From Marsupella aquatica (taxonomy: Eukaryota > Plantae > Marchantiophyta): a stretch of 64,000 bases of DNA. The stretch lies in NCBI GenBank assembly GCA_973895155.1, contig OZ316892.1, forward strand, positions 16,234,357 to 16,298,356, read 5' to 3'. The translations under genes and the position numbers were made by a program. The notes under the pieces are model-generated. The model made no database searches. It had not been told where the DNA came from and saw only the letters and a program-made list of their open reading frames with translations. This document shows, piece by piece, positions 39,017-50,449 of this stretch; position 1 is the stretch's first letter; each line of letters opens with the position of its first letter.

Positions 39017-41278
39017 CTATGTCACACGCTTTTTGGCTTGAATTTTAGGTCGTGCCATGCCTACGCATGACATAGACTCTACAGTTTAGCAGACTGCACA
39101 AAAAGTAATATATATTTAGCATTTAAGGTACAAAGGCATTTAGATAGACTCTACAATTTAGCAGACTGCACAGAAAGTAAAATATATTTAGCATTTAAGG
39201 TACAAAGGCATTTGCTACTGCAATGAATTGGAATGGCCACACAAGGATGCAGAGCAGACATACTTTTGGTATGTTGAGCCCACACACAAACCTGATCCCC
39301 TAATACAATTGCTCCACCAACACCTCAATTTTAATTGTGGCTATGATTCACCAAAGGAGATCTGCAACAACATTTCATGCATTTGAATCACATACAATAG
39401 TCGTGACATGTAAAACAGGCATTCTTCGAAGAGGATTGGTATGAAGCAGTGTCATAAGGGTTGAAATTTATACATCCTAAATAGGCTATGATAGTGGCTG
39501 AGACAAATAAGTGATGCATAAATCACATTTTACAGGTTATCACATGGCCCATTAATTCATTGAACGTTGCAATGTTCACCAGGTTAAAGCAGTCATGAAA
39601 GCAGTCTTTCAATAGAGACTTTTATGCGAGTTTGCTAGCCTCTTAAATTAGGATATTTTGCTTAGTGCAGGCATAATAGGATAAGTTATGTACTGTTGAC
39701 CCTAAACCCTGGACCCAAAATTGCTCATACATCAAAATTTTAAGTAAATATCCTCTGTGTTGAAGTGAGAGTGTTAAGCTATAGGTCAATGGTATCTGGT
39801 CTATGCATGCGGTGTGACAAGTGGTCCTCTAGAGCATGTGATCCAAACATGTGTAGACACCAAAGTCACCAGTGGTGGGGTCTGGGAGGGCAGGACAAGT
39901 GACATCACCAGGCACACTGCAGGATGGCGAGTGGTTCTAGATGATACATTGTGCTCTGTGCAAAAATCGGCATCCAAGAGAACGGTCATCCAATTCTGGG
40001 CCAGAAGCCCTACAGGTAGGACAGTCATATTGGCAACTGTGTACACACCCTTGGCACCTAATTTGTGGCGGGTCATGTACAAGAGACACAAATACCAAGG
40101 ATGTCGAGAAGTAGGTAGAGGCCGGCTGTAGTTGTTCCTGGAAACAACAGGGTACTCAAAGTACCATGCAGAATGGGCTGGAAGGATCCCAAGTCTGACA
40201 TACTCAAGGCGCAACATCTCTGCCTTGCGTGCAAGTCGCACATGTTCAGCGTTGCGGGTCCTCACCATAAGTGTTGCTTTCGTTGTGATGTCCTCTGTTC
40301 ACGTCCTTTGATGAGCAAGGTGAGCAGGAGGTCGACTTGCCTCGCCAACAGCAACCACCTAAACTAATCAGTTCCCACTCATTGTCTTGGTTCCAACTAC
40401 AGGTCATAGTATACACATAGCATGAAACGTGCATAGTACATATTTGATTCTGAGTTTATGAGTTTCCTAAGACAAAGAGCTTGGTGATAAACCCATATTC
40501 TCGATGGACATGTATATCAATCGTATTAAAATCCTGTTTTTTCATCCAGAAAGACAGAAAGTCTCACCTTGCAGGTTGTAGCAGAGAGAAAATTCACTGG
40601 TTGTCGTGTTGTGCAAGTGAACCTCCACTGATGCCCCCGGTGTAGCCCCTCAGATGCAGGTGACACTTACCAACTCCCAAGTTGCCTGGTCTAACAGAAA
40701 ATGCTTATATCTTCAGAACTTTATAGAGCAAGTACATGATCACATACTTCTGGATCTATTCATATTTGGAACTCTTGCCAACTACAACTCCCATTATGCA
40801 CAAGCTCACATCAACAGAGAAAGATACAGAATGCATACTTACTATGGCTCTAAGCACCTTCACTACCTTGTTGAACCCAGTCCTGAAGTCTTTTCAGGGT
40901 GTTTGTTGTGCTGTCTCCTTTGGCACCCAACACCTTAGTCCTTGATGTAACAGAATGCGATTTTACAAGTTAGATGCTTTGGAACCTTCTATGGTCTTAG
41001 CTGAATTGATGTCATCGTAAGTGGTGAAAGACAAGGAAGACGAAAGCTAGTTGAAGAGCTGTGGACAACACACTAGCATGAAGTGCTTCAACCAATCCAC
41101 TGCCAAACAAAACTCTTACACAGTCACATTCTTTCAGTAAACAGAAACTCAGTCAAACTTCATAATCAAAGTACAGACTCTGAAGGACCAAAGGAGGATG
41201 CTGTGAGTTTCTCTGTTGTTTAATGTGTTACCCTTCTAGTTTCGAAGTTAGCAAATGCTGAATAATGTGTCTACCAGA

Positions 41279-41617
41279 TCTTCGAAAAGAAGCCCACCAC
41301 AATTAAGAACTTCGGTATCTGGGTGAGGTATCAGAGTCGTTCAGGTTATCCCAACATGTACAAGAAATATCGTGATACCACATTAAACAACCACACAGCA
41401 GATGTATGATGAGATGGCTTCTTGTCATAGAGTTTGGTTCCCTTGCATCCAGATCATCAAGACTACGACAGTCCCTGTCTCTCTATGCAAGCGAGAAAGT
41501 ACCAAGCAATTCCATGATTCAAAGATCAAGTTCCCCTTGATGTACCGCAAGATTCAACCTCCATCGCGAAAGCTAAAGACGACTTACAAGGCCACCAAGC
41601 CCAACACATTTGTTTGA
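41279..41617 (+). pseudogene. RPL18A: Captured last exon of 60S ribosomal protein L18a (eL20)
   Basis: [35 protein letters not shown], then after a frameshift [19 protein letters not shown]...[17 protein letters not shown]...[11 protein letters not shown]. Preceded by an intron-like acceptor (CTACCAG). Confidence 0.9.
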
Positions 41618-43319
41618 GTAGTGCGGGTGCAGGTTCCCAATTTTGAAACAATTTGGCTCATTTTATGTCCCGAGGGACTCCAGGAGTTTATGTATTGAGT
41701 TTCTAGGTCAGGATGCTTAATATAAGGAAATTCAATTTTCACTTCGTTCCCAGCTTCTACTAATTGAATATACACGAGATGGAAGCAAGAAGATAAGCCA
41801 CAATCTAGCATCTTAGCCAAACACATTCGTCCTGACAAAGCAAAACTACAATCACACAGTGCGAGTTGTGTCTGCACCGGCACCCCCAGTGAGACTGATC
41901 AGCATTTGGACTGCATCATTGTCTAGAGCTAGCAGTGGAAGGAATCAACATAGCTAGCAGTGGAAGGTGCAGTGGAGATAGCATGGGGACAGGGAAGGAA
42001 ATGCAGGTTCCTTCAGCATAAATTTCCAAAAATGGAACAACAGGAAATGAAGAATAGGCACTGAAGCGGTCAACTAGACAAACGTTGTAACAAGGCAGCA
42101 AGCATTGGATTAAGAAGAAGCAAGGTTTCATCAGCAGAAGCAAGGTTTCATCAACAATGGCATTGTGAGACAAACCACTCCTTACAAATTTCTACAGACA
42201 TCCTCCCCACTTGCAGCTTCTCGGCCAGGCTGGATTTCTTGTAAGACAGGTTTCTTGTAAGAAAGATTTCTTGTTTGGTGAGGAAAGATAAAAAAGCAAC
42301 TGATCAATGCCTTCTTGTCATCTAGAAGAGCTGGATGCAGCCCTGTCTCACATTTAATGTTAAACTGAATGAAAGACATTATGCGCATGCACAAAAGAAA
42401 GACATGAATATAATTAAGGTAGGTTTTAAGGAGCGGAGTCAACAGCCAGACTTAGAAAGTTCAAATTGAAGCGCCATTAGTTTGGCGTGGTCAAGAGTAA
42501 ATAAATGTTGGTCAGGGATACTCACCTCTTTTGAATGTATTACTGACTCAGCTAAGCCCAGCTAGACAGAAGTCACTCAGACCCACAAAAAAGTGAAGAT
42601 CCACCTCCAAGCCGGAGCTCTATCACTTCAGTAGAGCAGCTTCTGGACGAAACCAACTCTAATCAGCCCCACAGAACACAAATGTTAAGGCTCCAAGTCA
42701 GAGCTCACTTCAGCCGAGGTGGACATCGCAGCTAGACCATTCAGTATAGGCAGTATGGAGCCTGAGACTACACTCATTGTTCAGAATTGAGGTGATGAAA
42801 GTGAGTTGGCATCAGTGGATACAATGAGAGGGGAAAAAATTCTGACCAAATCGCACCTCTATAATCAGAGAGGTTCTATTTCCAGGGAACTCATTCATTG
42901 ACCAGAGTAATATGGCCCACATTTAATTAGACTATGATAGACTCTTCCTTTGCAGACTCAAACTCGAGGAACCCCCACGGATGCCAGCATATACACGAGC
43001 TAGAAGCAAGAAGACAAGTCGCAATCTAGCATCTTGGCCAAACACATTCTTCCTGGCGATAGTAACTGCAAGCAAGGGGGAGACAGGGAGAACAAGGAGA
43101 ATAGGGAGGCAACTCACAATGGAGCTAGGTAGCTCATGATCAAGCAGCTTGCAATTGCAGCAACAGTAGTCTTAGCAGCAAGTGATTGAGCTCCAGGAAA
43201 TGACAAACCCGCAGCTGAGTCCTCAACTGACAAAATGTTCGCCACTCGACCCTCCTTCCAACTGCAACCGCCAGATAGTAGGAATAAGATAGAGAGGTTG
43301 CAGCCTTCTCAGTGATCCA

Positions 43320-43580
43320 ATAGCACCTCTCTTACCACCTCCGCTCTTAGCACATCCGCTCGCACCTCCGCTCTCAGCACCTCCTTTGGCACCTGAGCCG
43401 CTCTCAGCACCTCCGCTTGCACCTCCGCTCGCACCACCTCCTTTGGCACCTGAGCCGCTCTTAGCAACTCTGCTCGCACCGCCGCCCAAACTGAAGCTAC
43501 GTAGCAATCCTCAGTAGTGTGTGACAGAAGCACTCCACTCCAGCTCCACTCCGCTCGAGCTCCACTCCAGCTGCTCTCCG
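43320..43580. repeat. GC-rich minisatellite (GCACCTCCGCTC / GCACCTGAGCCGCTC variants)
   Basis: Directly visible tandem repeats. They explain the spurious Gly/Ala-rich ORFs. Confidence 0.8.
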
Positions 43581-46500
43581 CTCGTAGCTCCTCGGCCAGA
43601 CCGGCGGCCAGAGCAGCTCCCAAATTGCAGCTCCTGCCCGCCCACAGCTCCTCCTAGTCCTAGAGCTCGTCGTCCACTACAGCTCACCTCTCCACTCCAC
43701 AAGCCGGTCGCCCTCTCAGCTTGAATGCTCTAGAGCTTTGAATTAACCTTCAAGCTCCAAGCGCAAAACTCCCCTACGCGAAGGAACTGCCCCGATCGCG
43801 AAGCACACTCCCCACTTCGTGAGACCGCGCACAATGTGACGACCTTCAGGGACGACGAATGTCCCCGTAATGGACAAGTGAGTTTTTCTGAAACAAAAAC
43901 CTCCGAGTTCCCACGCACATTGAACTGAACTTTGCACTCTGCTGGCGTGTTTAAACCCTAAACAAAACCCGCGCACCCTAAACTCGTGTCCAAAGGCACA
44001 CTCACGCACAAAGCATACCTTAACACTTAGTGACACTTAGTGAACCAAACCCAATGAGCCTCGACCACTTTGCGTTGACATGAGCCGTTGATACACATGT
44101 TAGTACCCTAAAGCAAATTGGACACGACACTTTGTGAGCAAAGATTAAATGAACGCAACTGTAACCTCTTAGAACGCAACTGTAAATTAACCCTTACACA
44201 TGCCACTTAGGGAGGGTGGACAAAGAATGGGGGCCAGACACTACTTTAGCCCTGAATTGAAAATGATATCACCCCAATATTCTTGTCAAAGTTGCCCATG
44301 AACTCTAAGGAATCCATTGAGCAGCATAAGACTTACTATTATAGAGGCAAGTACTCCCATGCACGTTTAATTAGGCTAGGATAACTACAATGCTCTTGAC
44401 ATGAAGACATTTAACTAGTTCTACAACCCTAAACCCACATTCCTTCTATGTGCACCTAGTGCTCCCGACTCCGCAAGTTGCAAGTCAAGGGTTGTAAATG
44501 GAACATTCCGTGATGTCTAGAGTGCATGTAATCCTTCTTGCACTCTATTTCAGAATGACGTAATGGAGAGTACCTTATTCAACTTACATATGACTGCCCT
44601 ACTAGTGTTACAATTGCTACTTTATCAGAAGTTGTAGGAATGACTTTCACAAATATCCCCCAAAAATCAGTTGATAAAATGTAACAACAATGACTCCCCT
44701 AAACTTGGAGTCATGTATTTTTGAAAGTCTCCCTAAAGTCACAAAGCATAGGGTCTCAAAAGGGGACGTTTTCTTCTAGTGTCCTGAAAGTTACTATTCT
44801 GGACTCAAGCTCAGACAAGAAGCTGAAGGATTTTGTACACACAGAGGACCAATTTCAAGTGGCTGAAATGGAGGAAGCACAACAAAGCAGACGTTTGGCT
44901 CGAATCAAATGGTTGGGGGAGGGAGATGAGCCCTCCAAATTTTATTTTGCTACTATGAGAGATAAAAGGGCATGAGAAGCTATGAAGATTCTGGTGAAGG
45001 AAGACGGAAGCAAGGTTACGGATTTAGTTGAGATTCTGAAGGAGGCAGAGCGGCATTGTGAGAGGCTTTACTCACTGGCTGCCCCGGATAGAGAAGAGAT
45101 GAGCATTCAGCTGACACAAAGAAGGAAATTACTGGAGCATACACAGTTTGCAATGACAATTGCAGACTGAAAGATGCTGGAAGATTTGCCATCAAGAAAG
45201 GAAATCCAAGATGTAGTCTGGCTTCTCCTGTTTGACAAGACGCCTGGCCCAAATGGTTTGATAGTGGATGTTTTAGAGCATGTTGGGCTTTTTTGCAGAA
45301 TGATACAATTGCAATGATCCAAGCCTTCTGGCTTTCTAGGGAGCTTGTGTCTGGAATTTGTGACGATCTGATCAAATTCATTCCAAAGAAGTTTGATAAA
45401 CGATTTTTGAAGGACTAGAGGCCCCTTACAATGTTAACCACGATATACAAGATCATTGCCAAGCTTCCGGCCCTCAGATTGAAGATAATGCTTCCTAAGT
45501 TAATTAGCGCACAATAGACTGGATTTATTCCTGGCCGACACATCTTAGAGAATATCTTGGTGGCTTGGCTAACTTGTGACTGGGTTAGTAAGAGAAGAAA
45601 AGGCACGTTGTTTCTAAAATTGGATTTTGAAAAAGCCTTTGATGGGGTAAATCATGATTATATTTGGGATTCGATGCACCTATTAGGGATTCGATGCACC
45701 TATTAGGGATCCGGAGCCATTTTATTAGGCTGGTGAAGGCTTTGCTTAGGGGTGCAACCTCTAAGATACAAGTAAATGGTTTACTATCTAGATCTATTGG
45801 ACTGAGCCTGGGGGTGCGGCAAGGATGCCCTTTGTCTCCTCAACACAACCCTTGATGGACTTTATGGATGCTGAATTATCTGCTGGATGTCTATGTGGTA
45901 TTAGAATATCTGAGAATCTTACCATATGTTATAGATTGTTTGCGGATGACTTGGGGATTTTCATCCCTGCAAATGAGATGGATTTTCAGCAGGTCAGGAG
46001 TCTACTTGCTTGCTATGAGTCTGCTACAGGTGCAAGACTGAATCTATAGAAGTCAACGGTGATCCCATTTGCAATGGAGGAGATCCCTGCTTGGCTGACA
46101 ACAACAGGGTGCAGGATCAATCGCAAAGGTGAGGTCCAGAAGTACTTGGGCGCTTCGATGGGATGGGGGCTAAAACCAAATCAACTTCACTCATTCTGTC
46201 TAGACAAGATTGGAACACGGCTATCGTCTTGGGCGTCAAAGTTTCTGTCCTTTACAGGTCAAACTGTTTTGGTTCGCCATGTACTGCAGGCTATCCCCAT
46301 CTACCACATGATGTTACTGAGATCTTTTGAGGGACTTGCTAAGAAGATGATTGCATTATGTCATGATTTTCTGTGGGGCTATAATGCGGAGGGCGGTAAG
46401 AAGATTCCATTGGTAGCCTGGAAACAAATGGCTAAACCTCAAGCTGAGGGAGGCCTTGGATTCAAAGATTTCCATAGTCACTCAGATGCACTCTTATGCC

Positions 46501-48639
46501 AGTGGTTTACAAAAGCCTTGGATGACCCCAAATGGGAATGGGCTAAACTACTGGATGCTAACCTGAAGCTCGCTGGCTGGATGAATTACAAAGTGCTGAG
46601 AAGGAATCAATACTCCTTTCAAGACAAGATACTACTCTGTTCTCCTAGATCCTTGGGTGGAGTACCATACACTGGGGGTCTGTGGAGGGTTGGATATGCC
46701 TAAGTAGGGCATTTTTATCCTTTGTCCCCAAGATGAGGGGGTTTTGGGGACGGTGGTCAATGGAGGACTCGCTTCGCTGTGTGAGAGGATTTCACTCCCT
46801 TCCTAACGGGGGCATCTTGGAAGTTGCCAATCTGTGCGGCAGATTGGGTGTTTGAGCCATAGGAGATCTTTGGGATGTTGAGAGGAATGGTTGGCATGAT
46901 CTTTCTGGACGTCTCTTGCTGATCAGGGGCCTCGACGCTCCGGCTCTAGCCCAGGGCACTGAGTTTCTTGCCCTGATTTCCAGGGCACAAGACTGCTGCT
47001 CGGATATGGGCCTCTGTGCTGATGAGTGGCGCTGGGAAGACAAACTGGAGCCTCAAAAGGCCTTTAAATTGGAGAATTACAGATCATACCAGTTCCTTAG
47101 ACCAGCAATGCTAGATGTGATGGCGCTCAATTGGTGTTGGGGAATGGCGAGGACTGTGGAAGAATGGTCGAGCGGATGGACTCAACCGTGGGAATCTGAA
47201 TTATCTATGCAAGGAAAAACCTTCATCTAGAGGGTGATTGCTCGGGGTCTATTCACTGGGGAACATGCTCTTAAGATTGAACAAGACGTTTGGGACTGCA
47301 ATCTTTGTGTGGGAGTGATTGAATTTATCCCTCATCTCTTCTGGGAGTGCATTCATGCTGGCAGAGGTTGGACTCTTGTCCAACAGTGTTTCCAAGGTTT
47401 GCTGCTTTTTTTAATACTGGGCTGTGTGGACTCCTAGAGGTGACAGCTAGCAGGGAAGTGATACACTCTCTCAGGTGGTTGCTCATTTTTCAGGTTCTCT
47501 GGACCCTTTGGGTTGGGAGAAATGAACACATGTTTGGTGTAGGAGGTCGCCGGAAACTGGACATGATTTCTATGTTGTCAAAGGTGGCAGATCACATCCG
47601 TGGTGTTTGCGACAGTCTTAAGGCTGGTAGGCGCCTCACTCGGCTTCTTGGTGCCCTGGAGAACATTAAGGCTAAACGATTAGAGTGGATTAGAAAGGGT
47701 AATCCCTGCTGTATTGTGAGCCCGTAACAATTAGAGTGGATTGGAAAGGGTAATCCCTGCTGTATTGTGAGCCTGTAGGCTGTGTGGTTGCTGTGAGCTC
47801 TTTGGGCTTTCTTTTGCGGTTGTGGTAGAAAGGGATAGATTACTGTTTGTCCCCTAGGCTGTGTGGTTGTTGTGAGCCCTTTGGGCTTTCCTTTGTGGTG
47901 GTAGTGAGAGGGATGGATTAATGTTGGCCCCCTCTGGTACTTGACTTACCTGTATTAGGTTGCTCTGACTTAGGTGGCCTTTCTGGTCCGGCTCGGGGCT
48001 CAAAATGCTGTTATGTCTGTTTATTGTTGGGCTTGTTGCCCCCTCTTTGTGTTTCTGGCCCCCTCTTTGTGTTTTTGGCCTGCCTGGCTCCCCCTCATCC
48101 ATGGGGTTTTTGCGGAATTATATATAAATTTCTTAAAAATTTACAGAAAAAAAATAATTTGTGATACAATACGCATCACAATTCATGAATCAGAACACAT
48201 CGCAACATACACTTGCAATCTTTATGTCTTTGCAATGCTCTCTGAAACTAAATGTATTGCAATATTTTTTCTAAAGCAATGACCATTTAACACTTAAATA
48301 GCAATAACTCTCGCTTTGCAAATACATTGCAATGCGGCGCGCATACAACATGTTGCAACGTTCTTGATATCTCAAACAATTTTGCAATAATAAAATACTC
48401 ACAAATTAGCGATATCGAGGGTATGGCTAACTTGTGATTCCGGTAGTCTCACAAATACTTGGCTTGTCAAGGGTCTCATTTTGTGAACATTTTTGTTTCA
48501 CAAAGTTGAGAACCTGTGTGTTCAGAAAATTGCGATGAGTTGGTAATGGAAAGTAGCGAGTGTATCAATATTGCAAAGTTAGCGATGAGTTTGCATCGTT
48601 CAGGGTTTCTCAAAATATTATGAGTGCTTCAAAGACGTG

Positions 48640-49300
48640 GAAAAGGAATGGGATTGGGGAGGGAGGGTAAAGGAGGGAGGATAAATGTAGTTTTAGGGAG
48701 GGACAATGAAAAGAAGGAGGGGGAAGGGAATGGGGCTAGGAGGGACAAGGAAAGGAGGGATCCGGGAGGGAGGATACAGGTTTAGGGGGCACAAGGAAAT
48801 GAGGGAGGAGGAAGGGTATGTACATATAGTTTTAGGGAGGGACAATAAAAGGCAGGAGGAACTGTATGTATGTATAGTTTTAGGGAGGATATTGATTTAG
48901 AGAGGGACAGGGAAAGGAGGGAGGGTATTAGTTTAGAGAGGGACAAGGAAATGATCGAGGGAGGTTTAAGGGTATAGGTTTAGAAGGGAGGAGAGAAGCT
49001 AGGTTGTATAGGTAAGAGTGGGGGACAGGGCTGGAAAGTAAGGAAAACATGAAGGGCATGTATAGGGTTGAAATAGAAAGGGGTTGGGACAAGGAGAGGA
49101 AGGAGGAAGGAGGGTTTAATAAGAGGGACACACAAGGAAAGAAAGGAGGAGGGAGGTGGGTACAAGTAATAAGGAGAAAGACTAGGGGGATTAGGAAAGC
49201 AGGGAGGCCGGATGGAGGACTACAAGCAACATGAGTTTTCTTTGCATAAAGTCTACCAAAAGGTGTGGTGAGTGTGGGGTAGGGATGGGAGATATAGAAA
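48640..49300. repeat. Purine-rich (GA) low-complexity tract in the CACTA-1 3' region
   Basis: Long G/A-biased run with repeated TAGTTTTAGGGAGGGACAA motifs. Confidence 0.7.
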
Positions 49301-50449
49301 AACAACATTTGAAAATGATATACTTACAAAACATAAGTTTATTGATAATTGAGAAGCACATATTTCTCCATATTACCAAGAAGAGAAATCCTCATATGAT
49401 CAAATCTAACTATACATCCGTTTAGCTATATATCCGTGTAACTATATATGTACATAACTATATATCCACAAACACATACCCCTCAAACTTGGTCCTCATC
49501 ATCTTCAAGTTGGGACACAACCAGAATATCAGGCTTGTCCCCAACAATTTAACGAGACCATGGCACATATGTGATGACAAGTGACCATTCCTTTGGGTTT
49601 GGGGGGTATGGAATATAGAAACATTGTTCCACGTACATGACTTGGAAAAGTGAACGGCTCTGATGTTTGCCAATGAGATGGATGGAAACTAGTGGCAGAC
49701 ATCTTCAGCCGTGTAAATCCACACTCATCTTGAAACACAGTAGGATTGTTACCTGCAAGGTTCACTTTGAACCACTTGCACTTGAAGACATACTCCTCTA
49801 CCTTTCCATAATGTGACACAATATCTCAAATAATATTCATGTCATGGCGACTGCTGTAGGAATCTTGAGAGAATTGTCCTTGAACTCCACAATCAAAGGT
49901 ACAACCCCTCTTCTCATCAAGCAAAGAAAATCCTAAAATCCATCAAACCATAAGGAGTTACACAAAAATAGACACAAACACATAACAATTAATAGAACAC
50001 ACCAATAATTTGCCTCTTCAACATATGTGCCTATATTACAAATGAATTAAATTAAACCAAGTGACCCAAATAAAAGGTTACTAAGGTAGATGGAGATCAC
50101 CTGAAATGTCTTCCTTGTGTCCACATTGCTGTCCTTGTTGTAACCACTCTCAAGGGACCATGAACAATGGTATGAACATCATTTGTGATAGCTGGAAAAT
50201 ATAATACACAGGCTTCTCCCCTAACCACCACCTCAACTAACTTCTCCTTCATATAGTCAATGTACTTTGGAAAGATCCTTGGTCTTGTGCTGTTACTTTT
50301 GGCATCCTCATAGAAATCCCTCCATTCTTCCATGATAGTGCTGCTACTCAACATGAATGTGGTCATTTGTTTCACCTCCACTGGTGTCAACATGCGGGTT
50401 TTCCTAGCAGTTAAACAATCCTCTTCATCTTCCCTCTCCTCTACCCAAG

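Larger units (their letters stand above)
28032..44781 (-). mobile_element. Structurally complete CACTA family 2 element (16,750 bp) with TnpD, TnpA and cargo
   Basis: Perfect 11-bp TIR CACTAGAAGAA / TTCTTCTAGTG. 3-bp TSD TCC at 28029-28031 and 44782-44784. GTGAC-rich subterminal repeats at 28070-28390. Confidence 0.95.
27800..48154 (+). mobile_element. 5'-truncated L1-type LINE-3 (27800-28031 plus 44785-48154), split by CACTA-2
   Basis: Removing CACTA-2 and one TSD copy restores the frame QLCL|LKVTILD, collinear with LINE-2 ORF2. RT motifs LDFEKAFD, QGCPLSP and FADD. Poly(A) at ~48147-48154. Confidence 0.87.

Noticed and set aside
43223-43724. Gly/Ala-rich and repetitive ORFs
   Set aside because: They are translations of a minisatellite.
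17400-48154. LINE-1 (minus) plus LINE-3 (plus) as one twin-primed 5'-inverted insertion
   Set aside because: The geometry fits, but the overlapping region (KLFMANLVVL versus SFFKANQTLL) is too diverged to come from one RNA, and no shared TSD was found.
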